32,196 nucleotides of DNA. Source: Blastocladiella emersonii ATCC 22665. Its lineage: Eukaryota; Fungi; Blastocladiomycota. The translations under genes and the position numbers were made by a program. Of this stretch, positions 18,719-30,405 are shown in pieces. Each line of letters begins with the position of its first letter. The first letter of the stretch is position 1. The notes under the pieces are model-generated. The model ran no database searches, was not told the DNA's origin, and saw only the letters and a program-made list of their open reading frames with translations. Location of the stretch: NCBI GenBank assembly GCA_025594325.1, contig JANHCV010000020.1, positions 1-32,196 of the forward strand. Reading direction: 5' to 3'.

Positions 18719-20170
18719 TCATTGTGAAGATGCCAAAGAGTCGGTCGAGGCCGCGAACACGACCACGGTCGGCGGAGGGGGTCCCGTTGGCGGTGGTGGA
18801 ACCGGTGCTGGCGGCTCGTCTGAAGCTTGGACAGCGGGAACAGGATCGTGTGCGGGCGGCGCGCCGCCGCCCTCCATGGCGAGCATGCGCTCCTCGCACT
18901 GGCTCAGCCGCTTGTCGAGGAGCTGGACGCTGGCGGAGAGCACGTTGAGCTGACAGCTGATGGTGGAGAGGGTCGTGGCAAGCGAGAGCGGCACGGTCTG
19001 GTTTGCGCTGGTGCTCGTGCTTGGAGTGCCGAGGACGGAGGCGGTCATGGGCTCCGAGTCGTGTCGCGTTCGTCCGAATGCTATAGGGAAGGCGGACCAT
19101 CAGCAACCGCGCGCAATCCAGGTAACACTGGCCCTCTCCGTACCTTGCTCAGTGAAAGTTGCACCGGGATCCGCGTTGGCGGCGGTGGCCGGGTCGAGGT
19201 TGCTCTTCCACACAAAGACCTGGCTGTCCATGCCGCCGGTGGCAAAGTAGTCACCGAGCGGCGAGAAGACGGCGGCGGTGGTCGGGAGCGACTCGCGGTG
19301 GCCGTGCAGCGTGTAGAGAAGGTGCCCCTCAAGCAGGTCCCAAACCTTGACCAGGCCGTCGCCGCCCGTGGTGATCATCCACTCGCCGCGCGGGCCGCCG
19401 AAGGCGACGGACCGCACGCCGCCCTCGGCGACGCCACCGGCGGTGCTGGCGGACGGCAGGGGCGGGCCGTGGGCGTCCGGGTAGTGCTGGACGAGGCGGT
19501 GCATGCGAATGTCCCACAGCTTGACGGCGCCGTCGGAGCAGGTGGCGCCGACCAGGTTGCCCGTCGGGTGGAAGGCGACCTGCGAGACCATGCCGCCGAC
19601 GTTCGGGTAGACCTTGACGCAAGTGCGGGCGTCGGGGTCCCACAGGCGAACCGACTTGTCGTCGGAGCCGCTGGCGATGAGCGAGTCGTCGGGCGAGAAG
19701 ACGGCGGAGCGGACCCAGTTGGCGTGGCCGGACAGGGTGGCGATGAACTTTGCGCGTGCGCTCGACCACAGCTTGAGGGTCTTGTCGTCGGAGGCGGTGA
19801 GCAGCAGGGCGCCGTTGCGGGCGAAGCGGACCTCGCGCACGGCGGCGGTGTGGGCGGTGAAGACGGCGACGTCGGCCTTGACGGTCGGGGTCCACAGGCG
19901 CACCGTCTTGTCGCGGCTGGCGGAGGCGAGCACGTTGGCGGTGCGCGAGAAGTCGACGCAGGTGACGGGGGCGCGGTGGCCGGTGAAGCGGAAGGCGCGC
20001 ATGCCCGGCTTGAAGTTCCAGACCATGATGGAGCAGTCGAGCGAGCCCGACGCCAGCTGCGTCATGGACTCCTTGAAGGCGAGGCAGGTGACGCCGTCGC
20101 GGTGGCCGCGGAAGGCGCGCTCGAGGGCCGGGTCGGCGTCGCCGGCGGCGGGCGCGGCGGCGTGCAGCAT
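18719..20170 (-). CDS. POC1: Centriolar WD40 protein POC1, ~462 aa, 2 exons (20170-19144, 19080-18719)
   Basis: N-terminus [16 protein letters not shown]...[11 protein letters not shown]...[12 protein letters not shown]...[13 protein letters not shown] is POC1-like. A 63-nt intron (19081-19143) joins a C-terminal coiled coil [28 protein letters not shown] matching the Poc1 motif. Confidence 0.9.
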
Positions 20171-20711
20171 GGTTGCATGGAGTGGTGGGGTGTAGTGTGC
20201 GATGTGGGGGAAGAGAGGAGGGTAAATAGGAGAGCGGAGCGGCGACGGGATCGGCCTGGCCCTGGGCGCGGCCCCGGCGACGCGTGCGACGCGCGGGCTA
20301 CGCGCGGGCCACGCGCATGTGGGCCCACATGCGTCTCCCGAATTCGGCGCCGCCGCCGCGCCGCCGCCGCGCCACACGTTCAGTTCGGCGCCACCGACCC
20401 GCGGGCGGCCGCCACCGCGACTTGCGCGCCGCGTCGCTCGCGCCTCGCCTCCACCCGCAGCGCACGCCCTGTATCCGCGACGTTATCGACTCCACGCATC
20501 CGGGACTGCCCGCACTGCCACGCATCGACGCCGCCCGACCCGCCCATCGCGACTCTGGCTGCTGCTCCCCGCGCCGGAACCCATCCCGTCCGCCCTCCGA
20601 CCCCTAGACGACGCGGCCCGACTCGCGACCCGCCGCCCACGACCTCGCGATCTGATCCGCTCCTGCACCGTCCTCGAGCCCATACATCCGCCTGCTGCTC
20701 GTTATCTCGCC

Positions 20712-22153
20712 AGTGCGTGTCACTCTCACGCACGCTCGAGGTGGCTGCGCCACCCCGGCCGCGGCGTCCCTGTCGGACCACCAACGCTGACCACTGCCCG
20801 CCCGTGTACCCGACGCTGCTCCCTCCCACGATTCGCTTCTTGCTCAGTGGCAACCAACGGCGTACGATCCTCTCCCCGTCACGCTCGCTGCACGCGGTAC
20901 CCGCGCTGACCCGCACCCTCCTCCCCCCGCAGATCGTCCCCAAACAGCTCAATGGCTTCGTCGGCTTCTCCAACCTGCCCAACCAGCACCACCGCCGCAG
21001 CGTGAAGAAGGGCTTCCACTTCACCGTCATGGTCGTCGGCGAGAGCGGCCTGGGCAAGTCGACCCTCGTCAACACCCTCTTCAACACCACCCTCTACCCC
21101 GAGAAGCGCGTCCCCATCACTACCGACCTGCAGAAATCGCTCGACATCCAGCAGATCTCGGCCGAGATCGAGGAGAATGGCGTGCAGCTGCGCCTCACCG
21201 TCATCGACACTCCCGGCTTCGGCGACTTCATCAACAACGAGGACAGTTGGAAGCCCATCCTGCAGAACGTCGAGGCACGCTACGACGCCTTCCTCGAGCA
21301 GGAGCTGCGCATCAACCGCTCCAAGATCGTCGACAACCGCATCCACGCCTGCCTCTACTTCATCCCGCCCACCGGCCACTCGCTGCGCCAGCTCGACATC
21401 GAGTTCATGCGCCGCCTCGCGCCCCGCGTCAACCTCATCCCCATCGTCGCCAAGTCCGACACCCTGACCGAAGACGAGATCCGCGTCTTCAAGGACCGCA
21501 TCCTCGACGACATCAACTTCCACAAGATCGACATCTACCGCCCGCCCACCTACGAGGACGACGACCAGGAGACCATCGCCGAGACCTCGGAGATCGCCAC
21601 CAAAATCCCCTTTGCCGTTGTCGGCTCCAACAAGGAGGTGGCGACCGCCGGCGGCCGCAAGGTGCGCGGCCGTGCCTACCCGTGGGGCATCATCGAGGTC
21701 GACAACGAGGACCACAACGACTTTGTCAAGCTGCGCCAGATGCTCATCCGCACCCACATGGAGGAGCTCAAGCGCACCACCGATCTCGCCCTCTACGAGT
21801 CGTACCGCACCCAGAAGCTGCGCGCCATGGGCCGCGAGCAGGAGATCTTCTCCAAGGAGATCAACCCCGCCGCCTCGCTCGAGGAGCAGCGCATCCTGCA
21901 CGAGCAGCGCCTCGCCAAGATGGAGAACGACATGAAGCTCGTCTTCCAGCAAAAGGTCCAGGAAAAGGAGGCCAAGCTCAAGCAGTCCGAGGAGGAGCTC
22001 TACGCCCGCCACAAGGAGATGCGCGAGGCCCTCGAGCGCCAGCGCGCCGAGCTCGAGGAGAAGAAGCGCAAGCTCGAGACCCTCATCCACAACGCCGGCC
22101 TCAACAAGCCCGGAACCCCCGAGAAGACCCGCAAGAAGGGTATCTTCAAGTAA
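20712..22153 (+). CDS. CDC3: Septin, Cdc3/AspB type, ~411 aa; exons 20712 (A of ATG), 20848-20861, 20933-22153
   Basis: GFVGFSNLPNQ.HRRSVKKGF, GESGLGKST, DTPGFGD, AKSDTL, GRAYPWG, C-terminal coiled coil and basic tail. The start codon is reconstructed across an intron (see findings). Confidence 0.9.
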
Positions 22154-22516
22154 TGGTCCGGCCCTGCTCCGTGAGCCTCCTCTCTTTTGCCGTCACTTCA
22201 TCTTCCCGCGTATACATGCAGTCTTCTTACAGGCCCCGCACTCGCCTCCTTCCCTCCGCGACGCTTCAGTTGGTCAGCGTTCAGCTTTTTAAGGATAACA
22301 CCGCTCTCATGAGCTTACTTTCGGCCGAACGGCCGTGGACGACCTCAAACACAGCGAGGCCACCAACAACGAGACAGGGCAAGGGTCGCGGCGCCATGAC
22401 CATCGTGGTCTCGCTCCAGGCGATTCACACCTGTCGCAGGCCCCGTCCGCAGGCGAGCTCCCGACCGACCACGCATCATGCTTGTTACAAGACGGGAGAA
22501 TGAATTTAATTGAAAT

Positions 22517-24010
22517 CTACAGGGCGTCCATGCTCGAGTGACCAGCGGATCGCTGTGGCGACACGGGACGGCGGCGCGAGCTTGCTGCTGGCTTGCTGTC
22601 GAGCTCGTCCGGCGTGGGCTGCATGAACGAGAAGGTGCTCATCGGCGACGCGGGAAGCGGGACGAGGGCCGGACTTGACGGCTCGGCAGCCGATGCCCGC
22701 CGGATGGACCACGCCGTGGTCGCTGGCTCGGCCGAGGGCCGAGACTCGAGCGGAGCGAGGGCCATGGACTGCTGCCCGGCGTGCCGAGACGTGTCGACGG
22801 TCATGGACCGGATCTGCGTCATGCTTGGCCGTGCCGAGGTGGTTCCTGGGTGATAACCGGCCGTCGTTGCTGGGTTCGAAGCGGGCGCGGTGATCGGGAC
22901 CGAGTGGTGCACGCCGCCGTGGGTGCTGTCGTAGTCGCCCTCCGAGTCGGACGAGAAGAACGGCAGGCTGTCGGAATCTCGGCCATGCGAACGAGAGAAT
23001 GGTGGGAGTCCTTCGCGACGATTGAGCTCGGCCTCGCCATCGACGAAGAGAACGATCCGGCCCCACCACCGGTTGCGCCCCATCTTGCCCTTGGCGATCC
23101 AGTGGTAAATTGAGAAAAGCGTGACGACGATACAGAAAGCGAACACAACGTCAATGGAATAGTGATACGTCGTGAAGATGAGCGAGTAGAGAGCGAGCGC
23201 CGTGAAGAGGACGGCGAAAACGCGAAGCAGGTAGTTGTCCGAGTACATAAGGTACAGGCGCGCGACCATGGTGAAGAAGATCGAGTGGCCGGAGAAGAAG
23301 ACGTCGCCGCAGCTGAAGCGCGTCTGCGTGAAGAGCAGAAAGGCGTCCCAGAAGAGATTCGGGTCGGGCCGCGCATCGCACGTCAGGTAAGGGTTGGGCA
23401 GGATGGTCATGAGCACGGTCGGGGCGCGCAGCAGGTACACGGTGCCGGAGATGTACATGGTGCGGCGGAAGACGGTCGCGGCGCGCGACTTGAGTGTGAG
23501 GATGCGCGCAAAGATCAGGACGGCCGAGGCGCGGACCATCCAGTCCGAGAAGTCGTTTGGCAGGCCGGAGCGCACAAAGACCTGGAAGGACCAGCGCTGG
23601 AGCGGATCGATGAGCGGCTTGCGCTCGTCGACGGGCAGCACGCTGTTCGGGTTGATACGATCGACGACCGAGTTGCTGAGGCAGGTGATGTAGGAGCACA
23701 CGAGGAAGTAGAGCAGCGCCGGCGCGCTCAGCTGCAGGTCGTAGCGCGAGCGCCAGAGTGTGAAGTACGGCCGGACGCGCTGGCGCCACGTCTTGGCCGG
23801 CGGGCCGCCAGGCGGCCCCGAAGAAGTGCCGGCGGGTGCTGGTAGAGCGGCGCCATTCGCCGTGGCAGATTGAGCGGCGGCGCCCGCGGCGGTGGCGGAT
23901 GTTGCAGCGTCGCGGGTCGATTGCATGGCAGGGAAGGATTGCATCGAGTGTAGCTGGTCGTCGGCATCGCGCGCCAGAGCGTAGCGGGAGGCGGAGCGAG
24001 GACCGGCCAT
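22517..24010 (-). CDS. Sphingomyelin-synthase-family (PAP2_C) ceramide phosphotransferase, ~497 aa, intronless
   Basis: About six hydrophobic segments plus family motifs PLID, TILPNP, CGDVFFSGHS and HYSIDVVFA (catalytic H-H-D). The first ATG is at 24010; the track ORF starts at a GTG at 24046. Confidence 0.85.
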   Translation of the reverse strand: MAGPRSASRYALARDADDQLHSMQSFPAMQSTRDAATSATAAGAAAQSATANGAALPAPAGTSSGPPGGPPAKTWRQRVRPYFTLWRSRYDLQLSAPALLYFLVCSYITCLSNSVVDRINPNSVLPVDERKPLIDPLQRWSFQVFVRSGLPNDFSDWMVRASAVLIFARILTLKSRAATVFRRTMYISGTVYLLRAPTVLMTILPNPYLTCDARPDPNLFWDAFLLFTQTRFSCGDVFFSGHSIFFTMVARLYLMYSDNYLLRVFAVLFTALALYSLIFTTYHYSIDVVFAFCIVVTLFSIYHWIAKGKMGRNRWWGRIVLFVDGEAELNRREGLPPFSRSHGRDSDSLPFFSSDSEGDYDSTHGGVHHSVPITAPASNPATTAGYHPGTTSARPSMTQIRSMTVDTSRHAGQQSMALAPLESRPSAEPATTAWSIRRASAAEPSSPALVPLPASPMSTFSFMQPTPDELDSKPAASSRRRPVSPQRSAGHSSMDAL

Positions 24011-24436
24011 GGTGGTGGTGGTGGTGCCGGGTGGGCGGGGAGGCACGGCCAGGCAGGGCGGCAGGGATGGGCGACAATCGGCGCCGAGAGGTCAGAATCC
24101 TGTTCGGGCAGCGCCGATGCGGGTGCGGCGAGGGTTGGCGGGGGCCGAGACGGCAATGCAAACAGCGTAGCGAGACGGAGAGCGACAGCAAGGACCCGAT
24201 GCCGAGCGGGATGAGACTGTTTGGGAGAGACTAAGGCCGGCGGATCGCGGGCAAGGCGAGGCGATGGCATCCGCGAGGCTCGCTGCCGCCGGATCCCGTC
24301 AGCAGGGGAGACGAAAACGCGCATCACGTGTGTCTCCTCAAAGGTGTCTCAAAAAATAGCCAGCGGCTGCGCCACCACGACGCGTCGCGCCCAGCGATCG
24401 GGGGGAGGACATGAACGGTTTCAATTCAAGTGACAA

Positions 24437-27400
24437 TCACTGAGCTGGCTGCTGGAAGCGGTGGTCGAGCGGCTCCATGCCCGATGATGCAGAGCCATCG
24501 TGGTTCGCGCCGCCGAGCTTGGCCGGGCCTGCGTTGGGGTTGACGGCGAGGGCCGAGAGGGGCGATCCGGCGCCCTCCTCCTTGGGCACGAACGTCGGGT
24601 TGAAGCCGTCGCACCCGCTGAGGAAGTAGGTGCGCATCATGCCCTTGCCCTACGATGTGACGCCAACCAGGAGCGAGTGTCAGCCACCAAAGCTTCTCAC
24701 GAAACCACGCCCACTCGAGAGAGGTAGGGTAGTACGGACCGGAATGTTCATCTCGCCGCGGGCCTCAAAGTTGAACCCGCCGAGGGCGTCGAGCCGGTCG
24801 TGCGTCGTCTCCGAGACCTGGATCTTCATGGGCACGCCCGACGACTCCATCTTGCTCGCAATCGCGACCGTGTCGCCGAACAGGCAATACCGCGGCATCT
24901 TGCGGCCAACGACGCCCGCCACCACGGGGCCCGTGTGGATGCCGATGCGCATGCGCAGCGTCACATCGGCCCGGTGCCGGATCTTGATGGACCCGATCGC
25001 CTTGACCAGGTGGATCGCGAGCTTGGCCATCTCGGTCAGGTGCTTGGTGCCGTTCGGGCGGGGCACGCCCGAGGCGACCATGTACGAGTCGCCGATCGTC
25101 TCGACTTTGTACACGTCGTACTGCTCGATGATCTCGTCGAACGACGAGTACAGGTCGTTGAGCATGTCGACCACGTCGAGCGGGCGCGCCGCCGACGAGA
25201 TGGCCGTGAACCCGACCAGGTCCGTGTACAGCACCGTCGCGTCCGGGTACGTGCGCGGGACCACGGCCTCGCCGCGCATCAGCTGCGCCGCGATCGTCTC
25301 GGGCAGAATCTCCTTGATGAGCGACTGCGATTTCGTGCGCTCCACGTCGAGCAGCGAGATGAGCGCCTTCATCTCCGACTCCTTGCGCTCCTGCTCGGCG
25401 CGCGCCGCCTCCTCGCTGCGCTGCTTGTCGGTCACGTCGCGCACCACGCCCGTGAACAGGTGGAAGTCCTCCTCCTTGACCTCCGAGACCGACAGCACGA
25501 TCGGGAACAGCGTCGAGTCCTTGCGGCGGCCAAAGTTGGAGATGCCGTTCCACGCCTTAGACTTGACGCCCGTCGTCAGGTACTTTGAGAGGTACCCGTC
25601 GTGGCGGCGCGACACCTCCTCGGGGGTCAGGATGCGCACGTTCTTGCCAATCACCTCGTCGGCCTTGTACCCAAAGATCTTCTCGGCCGAGAGGTTGAAG
25701 CGCGTGATGGTGCCGTCGGGGCGGATGTTGACAATGGCGTCGTACACGGCGTCGAGGATCGAGTTGAGCGTGCGCCGCTCCGTCAGCATCTTGCGCTCCG
25801 TGACGCGGATGTTGGCGTCCATCTGGTACTCGCGCTGCTGCATCGTGACAATGTCGTTGATGGCCGACTCGTGCGACTTGCGCATGCTGCGCATCTCCGT
25901 GTCCTGCTGCAGGTCGAGCTCGTCCATGCGCGTCTTGATGCTGCGCTCGAGCCGCCGCATCTCCTCGACGTTCTCGCGCCGCACGCGCTTGAGCTCGTCG
26001 GCCTGCCGCCCGACCATGACCTTGAGGTGCTCGAGGAGCCGGTTGAGCTGCTCCTGCGCGCGCGCCTGGTCCTCGGCAAACTGGCGCGCGGCGGCCGAGT
26101 CGGCGTCGCGCTGCTCGGACGCGGCCGTGGCTGTCTCGGCATCGTCTCCGCCGGCGCCACCCCCGATACTCGAGCCGCCCATGCCACCACCACCCATGCC
26201 GCCGAGCGCAAACGAGGATGACGCGGCGCCGCTCTCGTCGCCGCCGAGGACCGCCGAGTGGTGCGCGAGACTGCCCATGGAGCTCGTCGACCCGGACCGG
26301 CTGATATTGTCCGAGTCGTTGGCACCACCACCCCCGATACCGCCGCCACCCGTGTTGAGCGCGGCCTGCGACCCGACCGTCGACAGGCTGACGGCGGCAG
26401 TCATGCTCGCCGACGTCTCAATCTCGTAGTCGTCCTCGGCGGCCAGGATCTCGCGCCACTTCTTCAGGCGCAGCGACGCCAGCAGCCGCTGCGACCGCGC
26501 GGCGAGCGTCACCTGCACCTTGTGCAGCGCGCGCAGCGACTTGAGCTCGGCGCCGTGCTTGCTGTCGAGCTGCATCAGCTTGATCTTCTCGCGCGCCTCG
26601 TCGATGCGCTCCTTTTCGGCCGCGTAGTCGAGCCGCTGCTTGGTCTCGAGCTCGTTGACGATGCGGTGGTGCGTCGCCCGCAGAAAGGCCACCTCCTCGA
26701 GCGCCTTGGCCTCGGCGTCGAAGCGCTCCTTGCGGTGCTTGAGCTCGAGCTGCTGCAGGTCGTGCAGCTGCTCGGCAACGTGCTTGTCGAGCGCCGTCTG
26801 GTGGTTCATGCGGTACGCGAAGTCCTTGAACACCTCGGCGCGCACCTCGTCGCGCAGGCCGCGCGTCTCGATCTCGAGCAGGGCGCGCTGCTCGCGGATC
26901 TTGCGCTCCTGCGACTCCTCGAGCTGGCCGCGCTGGCGCTCGTGCTTGGCCTCGATGTGGATGATGAGGAACTCGAAGCGCTTGCGGTGCTGCGCCAGCG
27001 TGTTGCGCAGCTGCATGGCCATGTGCTTGGCCTCGTCCTGGTAGCACATTTTCGAGTGCCGCGCCTTGGCCTCCTTGTGGATCGTGGCCTGCAGCTTCTT
27101 GGTGTGCTTGCGCGTCTTGCGCTCCTCGAGCATGGCCTGGTACACGTCCTCGGCGCGCTGCAGCTCGTCGGCCTGCCGCTTGAGCAGCTGGTTGATTTCG
27201 ATTTCGTCCTGCCGCATGAAGAAGGCCTCCTCTTCCTGTTTTCGGGTTGTGGTGGGGTGCGTCGTCGGTCGTCAGTTCAGTTTGGTCAGGCTCGCGGTCG
27301 GGTCAGAGGTGGGGGACCGTACCTTGCGGAAGACCTCGTTCTCGGCCTGGCGGATGTTGACCTCCATGCGGTCAATATCTACATGTGGTGCGGTCCGTGG

Positions 27401-28170
27401 CAGTGAGACTGATGGTCCGACGCAGCAGTAAGCCGAGGACGGGGAATGTGGCGCAGCGCGCGTGATCGGTGGGATATCAGCCGGCGACGCGCGCTGCGCC
27501 ACACCGCGACACGTCAACAAGTCCATGAGCAAGAGGAAAACGCACCGACACGAAGGTTCTCGAAGATGCGCCGCAGGCTCGTGTCCATGGAGTCGCGCCA
27601 CGAGTTGATCGAGTCGCGCTGCTCGGTCTCGCCCGCGTACCGCTGGTCCTGCTGCTGTTCTTGGCCGCCGTGGCCGTGGCCGCCACCGTGGTGCGTGTTA
27701 CCGCCATGGCCGCCGCTGCCACCAGAGAGACCGAACGGCGATGACGAAGACGAGCCACTCGAGTGCCCGTCCATGTCGAACCCGAGCGAGGCTGCCTGCA
27801 TCGGGTTGAGCAGCGCGTCGCCCGCGCCGAACCCGCCGCCGGCGCCGCCGAGGCTGTTGCGTGACGATGCGGGGAACGGCGACGTGGCACCGCCCCCGCC
27901 GCCGTTGTCGAGCCCGCCGAGGCCGCCGAGGCCGTAGCCTGCGTTGTACGTGTTGCTGGTGCCGTTGCCCGTGCCGTCGTCCTGGATCATGAGCTTGCGG
28001 CGATCGGGGCTGCTCGGGCCGTCGCTGGCGCCGCCGCCGCCGTTCAACCGCGATGGGCGGCTGCCGTGGTTCGAGTCGAGGCGGGCGAGGCCCGGAATGT
28101 CACCGGCGCCGCCGCCGCCGCCGCCGCCAGAGTTGCCGGAGAGCTGGTTGATGGGGCACGGGGGCGACAT
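24437..28170 (-). CDS. GC-A': right-arm copy of the PAS-guanylate cyclase, ~1129 aa, with a different C-terminal tail
   Basis: Mirror of 4030-7651. The last exon (24649-24437) reads ...LSALAVNPNAGPAKLGGANHDGSASSGMEPLDHRFQQPAQ*. Confidence 0.92.
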
Positions 28171-29290
28171 GGCTGCCACGGAAACGGATGATTGGTGCCG
28201 GAGCAGCAGCGAGTTTGGGAGCGGGAGCGAGGCGGCCGAGGCAGATGCTGAAGGAGGGCCCGACGGCGAGACGGAGGGCCGCTTGTGGGGCAACAGGTTT
28301 GGGAAGAGGGTAGAGGTCGCGAGAGCACCTGAGCGAGGGTTCAGCGCGACGAGCTGCGTGGTGGAGGTGGTGACTGGGTCGGGCCGGTGGACGAGGACCG
28401 AGTGCGTGCGCGGGGGTCAGGAGTAGTTCAGGTTATCTCCACCAAAATGTGTACGCGACGCACGCAACGGGGGCAGACCAAGTGTGTGCGTGCGTGACGC
28501 CGCCCGCCATGCCAGGCTGGCAGCAGGGATACGCGATCGCGCGGCCAGCAACAGCAACAGAAACAGCAACAACAAGGGATGGACGCGACCACGCGACCAT
28601 CGCCATCGGGTCCCGGTCAAGGTCATGGTCGACCTTGGCGTGTGGCGAGCGGCACCCGTCCGCGTCTCTCACCGCGGCGCATACACGCGCGCTATCCCGA
28701 TCTGCAGCGCAGGGCATCCATCCATCCAGCTTCGCGGCGCGATCCCTCCCTATTTGCCGCGGCGGGTGCGCAACGCGGCGCCTGGGTGCGAGGCATCGAG
28801 GAGAGGCCATCAGGCTGAGCCAGCTGCTGTGCCAGCTGCTGTGCCCTGCGCGAGGGCGTGAGCAGCGGGTTCGCGATGGCCGCGCGAGCCACGCCGTGGG
28901 GGACGCGGTAACCACGGGAGCAACGGCGGGATCGGCCTGCGCCTTGGCCCGAGGCGATGGCCGCGGGGCGAGTGCCGCGGCAGGCGCGATTTCGGGAATC
29001 GACATGGGCAGGGGCGGGGGCGGCGCGCGATGGCCAGCGGCGCGACTTCACGCGCGTCGCGTCTCGCACTCGGCCGCCCGCGACACGACGCGTCTCGCAC
29101 CGCCGTCAGTCACATGATTGTTCGTCGCGATCGCGATCACAATCGAGGCATTGCAGGTCCGCTTCGTGCTGCCGACCCACGCTCAAGCTCAACACACTGA
29201 TGCACATGAAGACACGCAAATAGTGATACATGGCATTCCAGCAACCCGGATCCTCGCAGCCTGAAGAGAGCGAGCGAGAACCAACAGTCT

Positions 29291-30125
29291 TCAGAGCTTG
29301 CTGGCGACAAACTTGAACAGCTCATTGTCCTGGCCGCGGGTCTGGAAGGCCTTGACGAGGTTGCTCACGTCCTTGAACTGGGCGTGCTTGGCGTCCTTGA
29401 GCAGGGCAAACAGGACCGACTCGGACGAGGTGACGACGACGCCCGCGGCCGAGAGGCGCTACACACACGATGCGAGGGGCAGGCCGAGTGAGTTCAGGTC
29501 CATGCAACGAGTGGGAACGAGCTAGGATGAACCTTGAGCGCGACCGGGATCTCGGCCGGGTTCATGGACGACACGCCGTCGGCGAGCACGTAGACGGCGC
29601 GCTTGGGGTCCTGCTCGAGGAGGTCGAGGACGGTCTGTGTGACGCAGACGTGGCTCTGTTGTTGTTGGAGAGGACAGGGTTGTCAGCGATTTGAGGCAAC
29701 GGCAGAGTCTAACGTGAAGGCACGCACCTCGATGCCAAACACGACCACGTTCTCGACAGCGCGCTCGGCGAGCAGGTCGGCCACCTCGGGCACGACCATG
29801 GAGAAGCGCGTCTTGGGCACGTTGACGGCGGCGTGTGCCACGTCAATCTCGGCGACCGTCTGGCCGAGGCGCGCCGGGTTCTGCTCGGTGACGACGAGCG
29901 GCACGCCGAGCGCCTTGGCGGCCTGCGCCATCTTGTCCGAGGTGGCGACCACGTCCGCAAAACGGAAGATGAGCGGGCGGAAGCGCTCCTGGACGTCGCT
30001 GGGTGTGTTCAGGGTATGTATTGTCCGCGGCGAGCGAGGGGTTAGGCGCTAGTTACGCGGCGTGGCGGGGCACTCACTCACCAGAGGAAAAAGGCCGTAT
30101 TCTTGGGCAGCAGGCGGGACAGCAT
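29291..30125 (-). CDS. Isochorismatase-family hydrolase, right-arm copy
   Basis: Mirror of 2075-2909. Confidence 0.92.
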
Positions 30126-30405
30126 CACGTTCAGTGTTAATCAGTGCTTCATTCAAGGCCAGTGTGCCGGCCGGGGAGAGAGCATCGCCGACGAGCTCAG
30201 GCAGGAAAGAGAAAGAGCGACGCGGTCACGCCGCCGCCGCCACTTTACTTTCGGACTCTGCCGCCGGCGGGCCTCAGCGGGCCGCTCCCCCTCCTCTCGA
30301 CCCGCACCCCGCCGAGGCAACCAACCCGCAGACGAAATCTCATGGAAGCAGCCGCAACCGCTGCGCACCCGACGACGGCACCCTGAACACCCCGACCGAC
30401 AGACC

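Noticed and set aside
20171-20184. RFX X-box upstream of POC1 (gttgcatggag)
   Set aside because: Only a partial match to GTTNCCATGGNAAC and immediately adjacent to the ATG; not supportable.
18827-22153. 1108-aa ORF as one protein
   Set aside because: Its first ~700 codons are the antisense shadow of POC1 plus promoter and introns; only 20933 onward is septin. Long stop-free frames are expected at this GC content.
7652-24548. Mating-type locus
   Set aside because: The architecture recalls flip-flop MAT loci, but no HMG-box, alpha-box, homeodomain or pheromone/receptor gene is present in the window.
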